64,000 bases of DNA from Callorhinchus milii (taxonomy: Eukaryota). A model generated the notes under the pieces. That model saw nothing but the letters and a program-made list of their open reading frames with translations, ran no database searches and had not been told where the DNA came from. Position 1 is the stretch's first letter. The number at the start of each line of letters is the position of its first letter. Positions 51,753 to 64,000 of this stretch are shown here, piece after piece. The stretch spans positions 83,888,001 to 83,952,000 of the forward strand of contig NW_024704743.1 of NCBI RefSeq assembly GCF_018977255.1, read 5' to 3'. Position numbers and translations under genes: made by a program.

Positions 51753-52842
51753 AAAGATACTCCTGCCTCATTGGACAGGGCTCCAAAGCAAATCATAAAG
51801 AGGAAAAAAAAAGCATTTAAGGCCATGAAGGGAAATGGCATGGAAATAAATCAGACTCAATACCAGAAGGCATGCCAGGACTGCAAAAAAGGCATCAAAA
51901 TGGCAAAGAAAAGCTTTGAATTGAACTTGGCAAGAGATGTAAAGAATAATAACAAAACGTTTTTTAGTTACATTAAGAATAGAAGAAACACAAGCAATGG
52001 AATAGAGCCACTGAAAGTGGATGCAGGAGACAACATGACAAATAATGCTACACGAGTTGCAATAGTGCTAAATACGTTTTTTGCATCAGTCTTTACCAAG
52101 GAGGAGACAGGTAACCTATCAGATCTGGAAAGAGAACTCAAGGATGTCACGGAACCATCATGGTTGCCAAACAGTTGTGTAAACTTAAGGTAAATAAATC
52201 TCAGGAGCCAGATAAATTGCATCCGAGGATCCTTAAGGAACTAAGGGAGGAAGTCACAGAAACCCTGGCACAAATCTTTCAAAAAACACTGAATACTGGA
52301 GAGGTGTCGAAGGACTGGAGAAAGGTAGATGTTATTCCTATTTTTAAGAAAGATAACAAAAGTGATCCAGGAAACGACAGATCAGAACGTTTGATGTCCA
52401 TTGTGGGTAAAATTATGGGGACTCTTATTAAGGATAAAATCATGGAGCATCTGGACAGAAATAAAATCATAAATGATAGCCAATATGGGTTCATGAAGGG
52501 AAGGTCTTGCCAGTCTAATTTACTGGTTTTCTTTGACAGCGTGACAAGGGGGCTTGATAAGGGTAAGGCTGTGGATGTTGTATGTTTGGATTTCAGTGAG
52601 GCCTTTGATACAGTTCCTCTTGAGAGGCTGGTACTGAAAGTAAAGAAAGCGGGAATCAGTGGAGGTATATTACAATGGATATGCAATTGGTTGACTGGAA
52701 GAACCCAGAGGGTGGTGGTACAGGAAATGTCATCAGACTGGGAAAATGGTACCAGTGGAGTTCCACAAGGGACTGCTTTGGGACCTCTTTTGTTTAATGT
52801 TTTTATAAATGATCTGGAACTAGGAGTCGTAAGCACAGTGAT

Positions 52843-53248
52843 TAAGTTCAACCTTCAAAGCCCTTCACGATCTTGCTCCCCCCTATCTCTGTGACCTTCT
52901 AACAGCCTACCATCCTGCTCACTCCTTCCGCTCAGCGGGATCTGGCCTGCTTCACGTTCCCTGCCTCGCTCACCCCACTATTGGCAGGCGAGCCTTCTGC
53001 CACTCTGCCCCCACCCTCTGGAACTCCATCCCGTAGTCCCTCCACCTCACCCCCTCCCTTGCCATCTTCAAGACCTATCTCAAAACCCTCTTCTTTGACC
53101 GTGCTTTTGATCTCCCTGATTCCACCCCTGCCTCCACCCTCCCCGACCCCGACCCCCAGCTCGGTTCCATAACTCTGTCTGTCCAGTGCCTTGGGACGTC
53201 CTCCCAATTTGAAAGGCGTTTTACAAATGTAATTTTGTTGTTGTTGTT
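52843..53248 (+). mobile_element. L2 3' fragment inserted in the CR1 RT
   Basis: Splits VIKF/FADNTKL; GTGAT repeated on both sides; (TTG)n tail. Confidence 0.92.
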
Positions 53249-53553
53249 GTGATGTTTGCAGATAACACCAAGCTAATGAAGGTGGTAGATTGTGAAACTG
53301 AACAAGATAGGTTACAGGAGGATTCGAACATACTTGGGAATTGGGCAGACTGGCGGCAAATGAAATTCAACGTGGAGAAATGTAAAGCATTTCATATGGG
53401 GAAAAAAAATCCTGGAAGGGACTATTATTTGAATGGAAGGAAAATAATATGTATGAAAAATGAAAAGGACCTGGAGGCTGTTAGAATATGATATATGTAA
53501 TGAATATGATATATGTAATTTCATCCAGGACTTGATGTCTATTAGATGTCTAT

Positions 53554-54456
53554 TAGACATCAAGTCCTGGATGAAAGCTAACTATCTTCAGTTGAATGTC
53601 AACAAGACCGAGGCCCTCCTCAATGGTTCCCGGCAGCACCTCCACACCTCAGGCGCTGACAGCATCACCGTCCATGGATGCAAACTCTATCTTAGTAAGC
53701 CAGTACGGATCCTTGGCGTCTTGCTTGACCATCAATTATCCATTCTACCCCACATCTGTGCCATGACCCGCTCTATCTTCCCCTACCTCTACCATATCGC
53801 CCGGCTCCACCACTGTCTCACACCGCAGGCTGCCAATACCCTCATGCACATTTTCATGACATTGAGGCTTGACTATGCAAACTCCTTGTTTGTCGGCCTC
53901 GCCTACTCTTCCTTCCATAGGCTGCAGATCATCCAGAACTCTGCAGCCTGTGTCCTCTCCCGCACCAGGCTCCACGACCCTCTCACCCCCATCCTCGCCC
54001 AACTCCACTGGCTTCCTGTCACACAGAGGATACAGTTCAAGATCCTGGTCCTGACCTTGAGAGTCTCCATGGCTTTGGTTCCCCCTACCTCTGCAACCTC
54101 CTAACCCCTATCATCTTGCCCTCTCCCTCCTCTCAGCGGGGTCCGGCCTGCTTCATGTCCCCTGCCTCGCCTGCCCCACCATTGGTGGACGGGCCTTCAG
54201 CCACTCTGCCCACACCCTCTGGAAATCCATCCTGCAGCCCCTCTGCCTCACTACCTCCCTTGCCTCCTTCAAGACCCATCTCAAGACCCTCCTCTTCGAC
54301 TGTGCTTTTGATTGCTCTGCTTCCCCCCCGCCCTCCACCCTCCCCAATCCCAACCCCCAGCTCGGGTCCGAAACACTGACTGTCCAGCGCTGTGGGATGT
54401 CCTCCCGATGTGAAAGGTGCTATACAAATATAATTTTGTTGCTGTTGTTGTTGTTG
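53554..54456 (+). mobile_element. L2 3' about 900 bp with a fold-back 5' junction
   Basis: DIKSWMKANYLQLNVNKTE...LHWLPV.QRIQFKIL; (TTG)n tail. Confidence 0.93.
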
Positions 54457-54964
54457 AGCTGCTGCAGAATGGACTCCATGCTTCAAGAAGTTTAAGTCAT
54501 GTAAATAGGCACAAATCTCGTTCAGTCAAAGTGCCAAACATTTTGACCAGGCATTTACCTAACTTCTTGGTAATAGAAATACAGTTTTCTAGAATTTTAT
54601 TTTTGACCATTTAAAGTTCTAGTTCTAAGATTTCAAACCTATTTCTAAAAGAGATTGTGCAAATATAAGCAAATCTTTCCTAAAGTACAAGTGTAATTCA
54701 GAAAGTTATTAATTCCCAAAAGCAAATTGTGCATGCTGCAGGGCTGAAATGCTTGTTTGCATTCAGATTTCTAGACCGTTTGACTGTTCTGTGTTCTATG
54801 TGTCAGGCTGCGTCTATGTGGGTGGGGGGGGAAATTGGTATCCTGCGAAGCAATTCAGAATATTCTAGGATTGAAAGAATCTTCCCCTTCTGGCTGTTAA
54901 TGGGACACTGCTGTGTGCAAATTAGCTGCTGGGTTCACCAACAAAAAGAAACCCATTACACTTC

Positions 54965-55280
54965 TTTTGGTTGGTGAGTCAGTGACTAGAGGGCATCCAT
55001 TTAAGATAATTAGCAAACAAGACATGGGGAGGTTCGAAGATTGTCTTCCACCCACACAGTCGTTAGGATATAGGATGCCCTGTCAGGTGTGGTGTTTGAG
55101 ATAGAATCCATACTAGCTTTCAAAAGGGAGCTAGATAAATACCTAAAAGGAGTAAACTACAAGGATATGGGGAAAGTGCAGGGAAGGGACTGAAAGGATT
55201 GCTTTTAAAAAGGCCAGCACAGACACACCGATTGAATGGCCTTCTTCTGTGCTGTATTTTTCTACGGCTCTACGGTTCTA
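54965..55280 (+). mobile_element. CR1 3' end, decayed
   Basis: VGESVTRGH...FKRELDKYL; GAATGGCCTTCTTCTGTGCTGTA. Confidence 0.8.
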
Positions 55281-56768
55281 CAATTACCAGTAATTACTGT
55301 GAAGCATTTGCAGTTGTTTGGAAGGATGTTTGCAGGTACACAAGGATGAATCATCAAATAACAACTCTTCTGCCATACAAGGCACCCTGATCTATTATGT
55401 GGGATGTCTTTGTCAAGAATCCATTGAGAGACATCCACATCAATTAAACAAAAAAATTCTAAAATATAGAGTAAAATGAAACACCAGATTAACCAGCGAT
55501 TGATCAAGAAGCAGCCATTTATGTAAGTGTCCTCAGAGGTTTGAATAGCACACAGCTCTGAAGCTTAGTTCTTAGCAAGAACAGCAGCATCATATCTTTT
55601 TCAGCCTTTTGAAATCTGCCCACGCTTGAAACTGGTTCTCCAAACGCCTGTGGTGGCTGAAGGTACGAGAAGCCAGAGATGGTTCTAGTGTTTTAATTGG
55701 GGCTATTAGGCAGTGTTTCCAGTATATTTCTTGAGAGCGCAATTTATGAGTGCATTGAAACCAATTACTCACATAACTAAGAGTAACCTGAAAACTGGAG
55801 CGGTTGCATTCATAAACAGTTAAGTAAAGCCTACTGCTTTCCCAGAATACCTGTAATATTCCGCACTAAATTGTATCACTTTGAACAGATGGTTGAGATC
55901 TCGTTTTAGCGTCTCATCCAAAGAATGACAGATCCAATAATGCAGCATTTCCCAAGCACAGGATTGAACTACCAGCTAGAAACTCAATGGCAAGCTATGT
56001 GTTTTTAACTGGTTGGACTCCAGGAGCACCTCAACGCACACTCTGGTATTCCCAACCTCTTGCTAAGAACTAAGCCAGCTGACATTGCAGTGAACTTCAG
56101 TTATTGCCTTCACTCTATGAAAGATTTAAAAATTATGATGAAGTTGAGCAGGGGCGCTTGACTAATGAACACACTTTGTTCATTATAGATAATGTTGGAA
56201 ATTTACTTGCTAACTCAACTTTCAGTTAAAGTTGGCACTGAAATATTGGGATCTACACAGTGCTAAGTACAAAGGTGCAGGTTCAGATGGGACACACCTG
56301 CAACAGTTAACAACTGGGACATCTCCAGGAATGTAAAATCCCACCATATGATAATTAGCACATCACATACCTATATGGGGTGAAAATGATAACCTGCGAT
56401 CTGTTGATTAGCCCACGACTGCCGCAACTGTTATGATAATAATAATGCATATAATGTTGAAACATCTCAAAGCACTACACAGGATTTTACTGTGAAGTTA
56501 GTGACTATAATTGTAGAGGAAGATCACAGCAATTTACACACAGCAATCCCTTACATATTAGCTTGTATAATGTTGAGAAGCTCAAATCCTTTGGGACAAG
56601 ATATTTATTATTAGATCCATTCTGAATCAAGCAGAGATTAATGCTAAAGTCGTTCTACTTTTAAAACAAAAATCAAAGTCTTCTGTTGAGTGAAGGAAAG
56701 AGGAAAAGCACCGGGCACTTGTAGATAATACATGGGAGCATAAAGCATAATACAATTCACCAATGTAT

Positions 56769-57299
56769 TGTAACATGCTTGGAGGGAGAGATCAGCAGGA
56801 AAGGTTATCAAGGTCATGAGTGGTCACTTTGCGAGTAGGGAGTGCTCCTGTGAATCTCTGGCCTTAGACTTGACAGTGGAGTGAGCTAAGGCCGGGACAG
56901 GACATAGCCAATCTGGGGCAGGCAGCTTGGGGATCACTCTTCCAATGTGCACAAGATAGAGCCAGCCTGACTCAAAGAGGATGGGGAGAAGGCTTTAGAT
57001 CAATCAAACTTCAATCAGTGTGTCCAATAGACTGGAGCAGTGCTCTCTCAGTGAGGTAATCCAGGCTCCCCTGAATAAAGGAAGTCTGTGGATGGTCCTT
57101 GGGAGGAGCCTAGCCTGATTATAAAAGCTTTTTCTGCAAAGAGAAACTAAAAGTCGAGAGAGGAACAGGTCAGGGGGTTGATGTATTTTACTGGTGTGTC
57201 CCCAACACACGGTTTGGCTCTATTAAAGTTGATTTGTTTTATTCACCAACTGTGGCTTGCATCGACAGCTTCTCCCCCAACACTCCTGTACCTGCTACA
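56769..57299 (+). mobile_element. Solo-LTR-like element, about 530 bp
   Basis: TGTAAC...GCTACA termini; TATAAAA at 57120-57126; ATTAAA at 57222-57227 then a GT/T-rich tract; higher GC than the flanks. No clear target-site duplication. Confidence 0.6.
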
Positions 57300-57509
57300 A
57301 TAATCTAATAAAACATATTTCTATAAAAGAGATCCAGCAGCCTCAAGTCTTAGAAACATTAATCTGACATTGTTCTACTTCTGACATTGAGGTGAACCCA
57401 CATTCACGGTTGGTTGGGGTGAGTTTTCAATTAGTTGGGAATATTAATATGTCACATTATATGTCATATGTACACACTGATATGAAGTGAAAGCCACAAA
57501 ACTTCATTA

Positions 57510-57830
57510 TAATAATAATAATAATCCTTGCATTTGATATAGCGCTTTTCACGTCGGGAGGACGTCCCAAAGCGCTTCACAGAACACACTGTAAAGTGAA
57601 TTGATTGTATATTTGTGGGCGAACGCGGCAGCCAATTGCGCACAGCAATGTCCCACAAACAGTCGTAGATTGAAAATGACCAATTTTATTATTGTTTATT
57701 TTTTGGGGGGGGATTATTATTAGGCGTGTGGAGTAAGGAAACTTGCCCAAGGTTTCGCCCTGCCTGGAATTGAACTCAGGTCTCTCGCTTGTAAAGTGAG
57801 TGCTCTAACCACTGAGCTACAGGACTCCAC
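57510..57830 (-). mobile_element. Young tRNA-head SINE, short form, full length
   Basis: Intact head and tail with CpGs retained. Confidence 0.95.
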
Positions 57831-59178
57831 GAGTCCACTTTCTTCATTTAAGGATCAACCAAGCAGTTCTTATCATCTATTATGGGTGTGTTCTGAATTG
57901 ACTAGAATGAAGCTTCAGCTTAATTTATTATTAATTGTGTTTCGCAATAAAGAGTTGACTATAAATTCAATACTCAGTGCTCGTGCCAACTTAGTTTCAT
58001 CTTTTACAAGGCTTTGTAATGACCATAATAATCCTTGAACTTGATATAGCATTTGATATAGCACCTTATCATGTGGTCAAAACAATAACAAAAATAACTT
58101 GCATTTATATAGCGCCCTCCACATGAGGTAGTTTCCCGGAACGTCTCAAAGTGCTTCACAGGATAGGCTCTAAGGTAGATTGACTGTGTATTTTGTGGGC
58201 GAAACATAAGAGTAATTAATGTAGTGTAATTAATGAATGGAACAGGTTACCAGGAAGGGTGGTTGAGCCCAGGATACTAGACTTATTTAAAAACAGTTTT
58301 ATACTGTGATGAGAGGATAATGGAGTTGGTATTTTGGAAGGATGAGATGAAATGGACCAAAGAACTTTCTTCAGCAAAATCAATCTTGTGATCTTGTGAT
58401 AAGTTAGTGACTGTTTGTGGAACATTGCTGCATGCAAATTGGTTGCTGCATACTACAGTCACTACACTTGACAGGAAACTCTGGTAAAGCTCTTTGAGAT
58501 GATTCGACAATGTGATAAAGCTCTGTATAAAACGGATGCAAATTGTAGGGTTTATTTCCTTATCCTCATCAAAGGTGGTTTAAATCTCAAATCCAAGGTT
58601 GGTGGACCCCAAGGTAAAGTTTTGGAAAAAGCACATTTAAATGGTAAAACCAAAGATTAATTTATTAAAAATCTAGCAACAGTTACAACAATCAAAGTTT
58701 TAACTTGATTAGAACCACACCCTGGAAGTGGCTGACTTTTTGATTTTCACCAGTTCTTGATCAATTTATTTGCTATTCTATCTTAGTCCTTAGCACTCCT
58801 CCCCTTGTCAAAAGACAATGTAATTTTACAACCTTTTGGTATCTTCAGTTCAACTTGTGAGTCTTGCATTTTTCCATATAAGCAGTTACAATGAGTTGTT
58901 TTATCACTTCTTAGCAGCAATCATTAGCACTCTCTTACTCTTGCGATTATATTACAATGGACTTCCTCTTTCCAGTTACCTTCCTCATTGTCTGGATAAC
59001 AAACAAGGCCATCAAGTCTTGCAAGCCCATCCATGGTCAATGACCATTTAATGTGGAGAGTATAATATTTTACACGTGCAAAAGATACACATGTTTGCAT
59101 TATTATTATTGAAATCTTGTTCAGCTCATTTTGCTGGGATATGCCTGCTGGTGACTAATAGTGGAATAGCATTGATGA

Positions 59179-59517
59179 TAATAATAATATAATAATAATC
59201 CTTGCATTTGATATAGCGCTTTTCACGTTGTCTCGACGTCTCAAAGCGCTTCACAGAATAGACTGTAAAGTGAATTGACCGTATATTTGTGGGCGAAACG
59301 CGACAGCCAATTGCACATAGCAGTGTCCCACAAATAGTTGTGGATTGAAAATGACCAATTTATTATTGTTTTGTTTTGGAGGGATTATTATTAGGCGTGT
59401 GGAAGTAAGGAAACTTGCCCAAGGTTTCGCCCTGCCTGGAATTGAACCCAGGTGTCTCGCTTGAGGGCAAGTGCTCTACCACTGAGCTACAGGACTCCAC
59501 TGAGCTGCAGGACTCCA
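59179..59517 (-). mobile_element. Young tRNA-head SINE, short form; first about 18 nt tandemly duplicated
   Basis: CTGAGCTACAGGACTCCA followed by CTGAGCTGCAGGACTCCA. Confidence 0.95.
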
Positions 59518-60321
59518 ATGGGACTTTGTCAGTCACAATGATCCTGCAGAAAAGTAAATAGCAGTAGAGTAAATTAAAAAGTTAACCAGTTTGCTAAGAA
59601 AAATCAATTGGCTGCAGTTTAAAGACATCAGTTAGAGCATTAATGATTTAAAATACTTGTCCTCCTACTCATAACGGAGCTGAGGTCTTTATTCCATTCA
59701 TCACAAAAATGAAACCTCAACAGTGTAAATCATTTAAGTATTCAAAGTTTGCCTTTGGTGCTTTATCTTTTTTGCCTCAAGCTGATTCATTGCAGTAAAT
59801 TGAAGACTCAGTCAAACCCTTCTTGGTCAGGCTTTCTCTGCATTATTAAGAAATATAGTGCCATCATTTAAAATCCCCAGGTAAACATCATATATTATTG
59901 CAATAGGCATTTTTGTTGGTTTGTGGAACCAATTTTATCAATTAAATCCAACTATGTAACTAAGGATAGTTGTTTTGTAGTTCTATTGAAGAAAAGAGAG
60001 CAGAATTATTGAGTTCATTATCCTCCTCCTCACCTTCAAATCCCTCCATTATCTTGTCCAACCCTGCCTCTGTGACTTCCTCAAATCCAACAAACTTGGT
60101 TGCTCCCTTTGCTCCCTCTGTCCCTCACCCTATTCATCCCATTAGCCGCAGTTTAGCTTTCAGTATGTCTGTCCCCCAATCTCTGGAACCCCATCCTCGA
60201 CTCGCCCCTTCCCTTGTCTCCTTCAAAGTCCCCCTCAAGACTATCCTCTTTGACTAAGCGTTTGGTTATTTTTCCTTGTTCGCCCCCGGCTTGGGTGCAC
60301 ACGTTGAACTGTCCAGCTCCT

Positions 60322-61220
60322 TAATAATAATAATATAATAATAATCCTTGCATTTGATATAACGCTTTTCACATCTTCTCAACATCTCAAAGCGCTTCAC
60401 AGAATATGCTGTAAAGTGAATTGACTGTATATTTGTGGGTGAAATGCGGCAGCCAATTGCGCACAGCAGCGTTCCACAAACAGTCGTGGATTGAAAATGA
60501 CCAATTTATTATTTTGTTTTGGAGGGATTATTATTAGGCGTGTGGAATAAGAAAACTTGCCCAAGGTTTCACCCTGACCTGCCTGGGATTGAACCCATCA
60601 ATTCCTTGAGATGTACTCCTGATGTGAAAGGTGCTAGTTAAATCTAAATTTGTTTTGTAATTTGTATATGTAAATAAAATGAGTGGAACAGCTTGCAGCC
60701 AGTACCCTGGACTAATTTAAATAAAACAGTTTGACGCTGTATTGGGAAGAGAGTAGGGTAGGTACTTTGGAAGGATGAGAGAGAGCCAAAGGCCTTCATC
60801 ATCCAAACTAATCTTGTGATCTTCTGAAAAAATTATCTTGTATTTTTGTAACACTTTACAGAGCAATACATCTCAAAGCACTTTACAGTAAATGTAGTTT
60901 TTTGTAGCCATTTTGTGCACAGCAGGATCTCACAAACAGTAATGATGTAAATGACCAATTGATCTGGAGGATTACTGGCAAGGCCACCAGGAAAAATTCC
61001 CTCCTCCTTTTATGTAACGTCATGGGATCTTTAACCTACACCTGAGTATAGGTAGACAGGACAAGGTTTAACATTTCATTTGAGAAATGGCACCTGTGAC
61101 AATACAATGCTCCATTATAGCAGGAGAGTGTCAGCCTGGACAATGAGCTCAAGTCCTAATGTGTGGCTTGAAACACCAACTTACCAAAGCAAAAATGCTA
61201 CTAACTGAACCAAACTGACG
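60322..61220 (-). mobile_element. Young SINE (60322-60597, 5'-truncated, nested in an L2 3' end) and old Deu SINE (60830-61220)
   Basis: The L2 tail is split near 60320/60600; SINE bodies are recognisable. Confidence 0.85.
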
Positions 61221-61263
61221 ATTTAATAAGAGTTAATTACAAAATGTTTCACTGAGATTTGAT

Positions 61264-61442
61264 AGTTGTAATGTTTGTTAATCCAGAACACAGTCTAGAT
61301 TCACTAGTTCCTTTATTTAAACCTTACAATTCCACTCTCTTCCACAATCTGCCCAGTCACGTTCCCAGAATCCTTCTATACTTACTTGCTCCACATTGTC
61401 AATGTCCAATTGCCAATTAAGTCATTAAAGCGATATGCAACA
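61264..61442 (-). mobile_element. About 180-bp solo-LTR-like element, copy 2
   Basis: The minus strand starts TGTTGC, ends TTACAACT and contains AATAAA; homologous to 14945-15122. Confidence 0.55.
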
Positions 61443-61844
61443 ATATTCACAGTGAATTTAGTTTTGTTTGGCAGCAAATTCTGCCCTGAAGCTGACAATC
61501 GAATCCTCAAGACAAATTTTTGCTTCACTTATGTGGAGCATTCCAAGATGCCATCTGGCATGATGGGCACTGTATAAATGCAAATTGTTGCAGAATGTAT
61601 GTAGAAAATCAAATAATTGCCTGATCTATGTGTGATGAAATCTTTTTTAAATAATCACAATTCCAATTTCAATGTCTGAGCTGAAAGACCCATTGATTAA
61701 AAAATAACTTTTCTTTCCATTTCTTTCTGTCTTCCTAACAAATGATTGGCATTTGTTAACAAACCTGAATATCCTTTAGTATGCTGCTAAAATCTGGAAC
61801 AGAGGCGAAAGGATTGCAATGCCAGAATCGAGAAAATTATTTGT

Positions 61845-62035
61845 GGTGAACTGACTGAAAGGGTGGTGGAAGAACATTCAATAATAACTTTCAAAAGGGA
61901 ATTGGCTATTTAATTCAAAAGAAAAAAATGCAAGGCTGTGGGGAAAGTGAGGGGGAGTGGAACTAATTGGATAACTTACAAGGAGCTGGCACAGACACGA
62001 TGAGTCAAATGGCCTCCTGTGCTGCATTCTGTGAT
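61845..62035 (+). mobile_element. CR1 3' end
   Basis: GAGCTGGCACAGACACGATG...AAATGGCCTCCTGTGCTG. Confidence 0.8.
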
Positions 62036-62824
62036 TGACAGGTGAATTCACATCTGTTGTGGCATTGACCTGAAATATGTTTATTATTACACACTCGTTG
62101 GGGTGGAGGTAAGCGGGGTCTCCTTGGAAGTGAACCGGCTCCAAGGTGACATGCTTCGTAACAGAATGTCGGAATTGAATCAGCCCACTTTACAGTCTTA
62201 GTTGTCCGGTTGCTGAGCCAGGCCGGTCCACAGTATTCCAGGGCACTGCTGATGACAGGACAACAGCAGGACTTGGAAGGGCAGACCAGTCACTGGGGGC
62301 AAGGATTCAACCCACTTAACTCCTGTTAACCCTGCGGGGGTGGGGGGAGGGGGGCGGAGTTGATGAGGATGGGGAAGTGTGTGATTGACACACTTGACTG
62401 AAAACAAGGTCAAAAAGATAAGTCTTAAAAGGTTTTAAAGGTGAGGAGGGAGGAGGCCTTCGATGCATGAGAAATGTCTCAATTTCATTGCAAACGTCCA
62501 TAAAAGAAAGTTTTTCTTACTTTGTATAGCTTTCACAATCCATGTGTTCTTGCATCCTATGTTGTTTTTTACATGGGGCATTGGCTCTATTTATTCAAAT
62601 CAGGTTTTGTTCATCCTGCACCTCACTTTACATAATACTTTATAATACTATAGATTTATATTTTCTGTTTAAAATGTTGTGTAAATCTGCCTTCAGCAAG
62701 ACCTCAGGAGCTATACATGACAAATTGATGTAATGGTCCACAGATATTGTCCATGTGGAGTTCTGTAGCTCAGTGGTTAGAGCATTCGCTTCACAAGCGA
62801 GAGACTTGGATGGATATTTTATCC

Positions 62825-64000
62825 AATTGTGGGGCGGGAAGTGCAGGGGACCTTAAGCAGGCTGGTGTCTGCCAAGCATAAGGCGCGGACAGTCTGATAT
62901 GGGGTTAAGAGGTCAGTGAGTAGCGGAAGCAAGACAATGGGGGGCTTTGAAGGTGAGAACGAGGATTTTGTACTTGATTCTCTGGGGGATGGGGAGCCAG
63001 TGAAGCTGGGCAAGAACATGGTTGATTGGGTTCGCTGACCGTTGAGTGGGAGACGACACGAGCTGCAGGATGTAAGCAGCGAGATAGAGCATTGGCGTTG
63101 TCTGAGAATCAACAACAAAATCTTGCCTTCATATAACGCCCTTCACACAGGGTAGCATTCAGGAATGAATCAAGATATATATACAAATCATGGAGCATCA
63201 ATATGGTATTGTGAAATCAGTAAATCATTCTCATAAATCTGATAAGAGTTCTTTGCCAGAACTGCTGACAGAACAGATAAATTGGATGAAAGGATCTAAG
63301 TAATATGGATTTTGGGGACGGGTATTTAATTACGTGCCACATACATATTGCTAGCTAAAACGAATGGACATGAAATTGAACACAGTATTGACAAATGGAC
63401 AGGAGAAAGTTTGGGAGGCAAGAATAAGAGAGTTGAGTTAAAAAGGACTCTCTTTGTTTGGCAGGCAGTGACAGTTGGTGTTTCAACAACAAAAACAACA
63501 TTAAAATTACATTTATATAGCGCCTTTCACGTCGGGAGGACGTCCACAACAACAACTTGCATTTATATAGCACCCCTCGTGCAGGGCAGCATTCGGGGGC
63601 ACTGTCTCCTGTAGCCCATGGGCTGATGCTGTCCCACTGATCGCTCACTCACGGTCTCTGCATGTGCATTTTGGCTGCTGCCCCGACCCGAGCCGTTCCC
63701 TCTGAAAATGTTCCTGCTCCTACCATCCACACCGTGCTACTCCCGCTCTGTCCTTCTCTCCCACTGCCCTCCTTGCCTTCTCTCTCTCCTGGACCCCACC
63801 ATTACCTCCCGCTGCTCCAGCCTGGGCATCCTCTGCCTGGCCCATCATGGCTCCCAACATTGGTTGTCCCCGAGCAGCCACCCCAACTATCTCATTGCTC
63901 ACTCTCTTTGCACCAACCGCCTTCGAAAGGCAAACAACCCTTCCCCCTTCCTCATCCACACCCTCTCCAACTCTCCCAGCTCCTCAACTCCATGGTCATT
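62825..64000. mobile_element. Decayed L2 (62825-63070 minus), CR1 (63290-63480 plus), stacked L2 tails (63486-63600) and a probable L2 5' region (63600-64000 plus)
   Basis: Peptide remnants; GCTCCAGCCTGGGCATCCTC matches the 5' coding region of the L2 near 29560-29580. Confidence 0.65.

Larger units (their letters stand above)
49340..53480 (+). mobile_element. Old, once long CR1: 5' region, SGNH-esterase ORF1 remnant (about 50295-50790), EN and RT remnants; carries SINE, Penelope-like and L2 insertions
   Basis: VILGDS.IR, VSCLPGA, PIVVVHV, NAWLRHWC, GLQLNKRG (ORF1). GYNLFRRD..RRGG.VALY (EN). ORF 52160..52894 (RT). FADNTKL resumes near 53252. Confidence 0.92.

Noticed and set aside
14945..61442. 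One giant LTR element bounded by the two 180-bp repeats
   Set aside because: Copy 1 is flanked on both sides by the same CR1, and there is no PBS, PPT or gag-pol inside.

Overview
Eukaryotic, repeat-dense, mostly non-coding vertebrate DNA. The repeat families (CR1 LINEs with (TTCTATGA)n-type tails, L2 LINEs with (TTG)n tails, tRNA/Deu-domain SINEs with (TTA)n tails, Penelope-type terminal repeats) point to a cartilaginous fish; this is an inference. Almost all ORFs in the track are LINE fragments, their antisense frames, or chance. I could not identify a host gene; a few candidate exons are listed at low confidence. There is no CRISPR array or prokaryotic system, and I cannot support a claim of a new biological system. 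The most interesting items are: (1) two Penelope-like terminal-repeat relics whose merged consensus rebuilds a minimal hammerhead ribozyme; (2) a polyadenylated retrocopy of the 28S rRNA 3' end; (3) a young, near-full-length L2 with an internal deletion; (4) a composite L2+module+SINE unit present twice; (5) a perfect fold-back at an L2 5' junction; (6) solo-LTR-like elements, a hAT-type MITE and two unexplained inverted repeats. Boundaries were read by eye and may be off by about 10-30 bp for old repeats.
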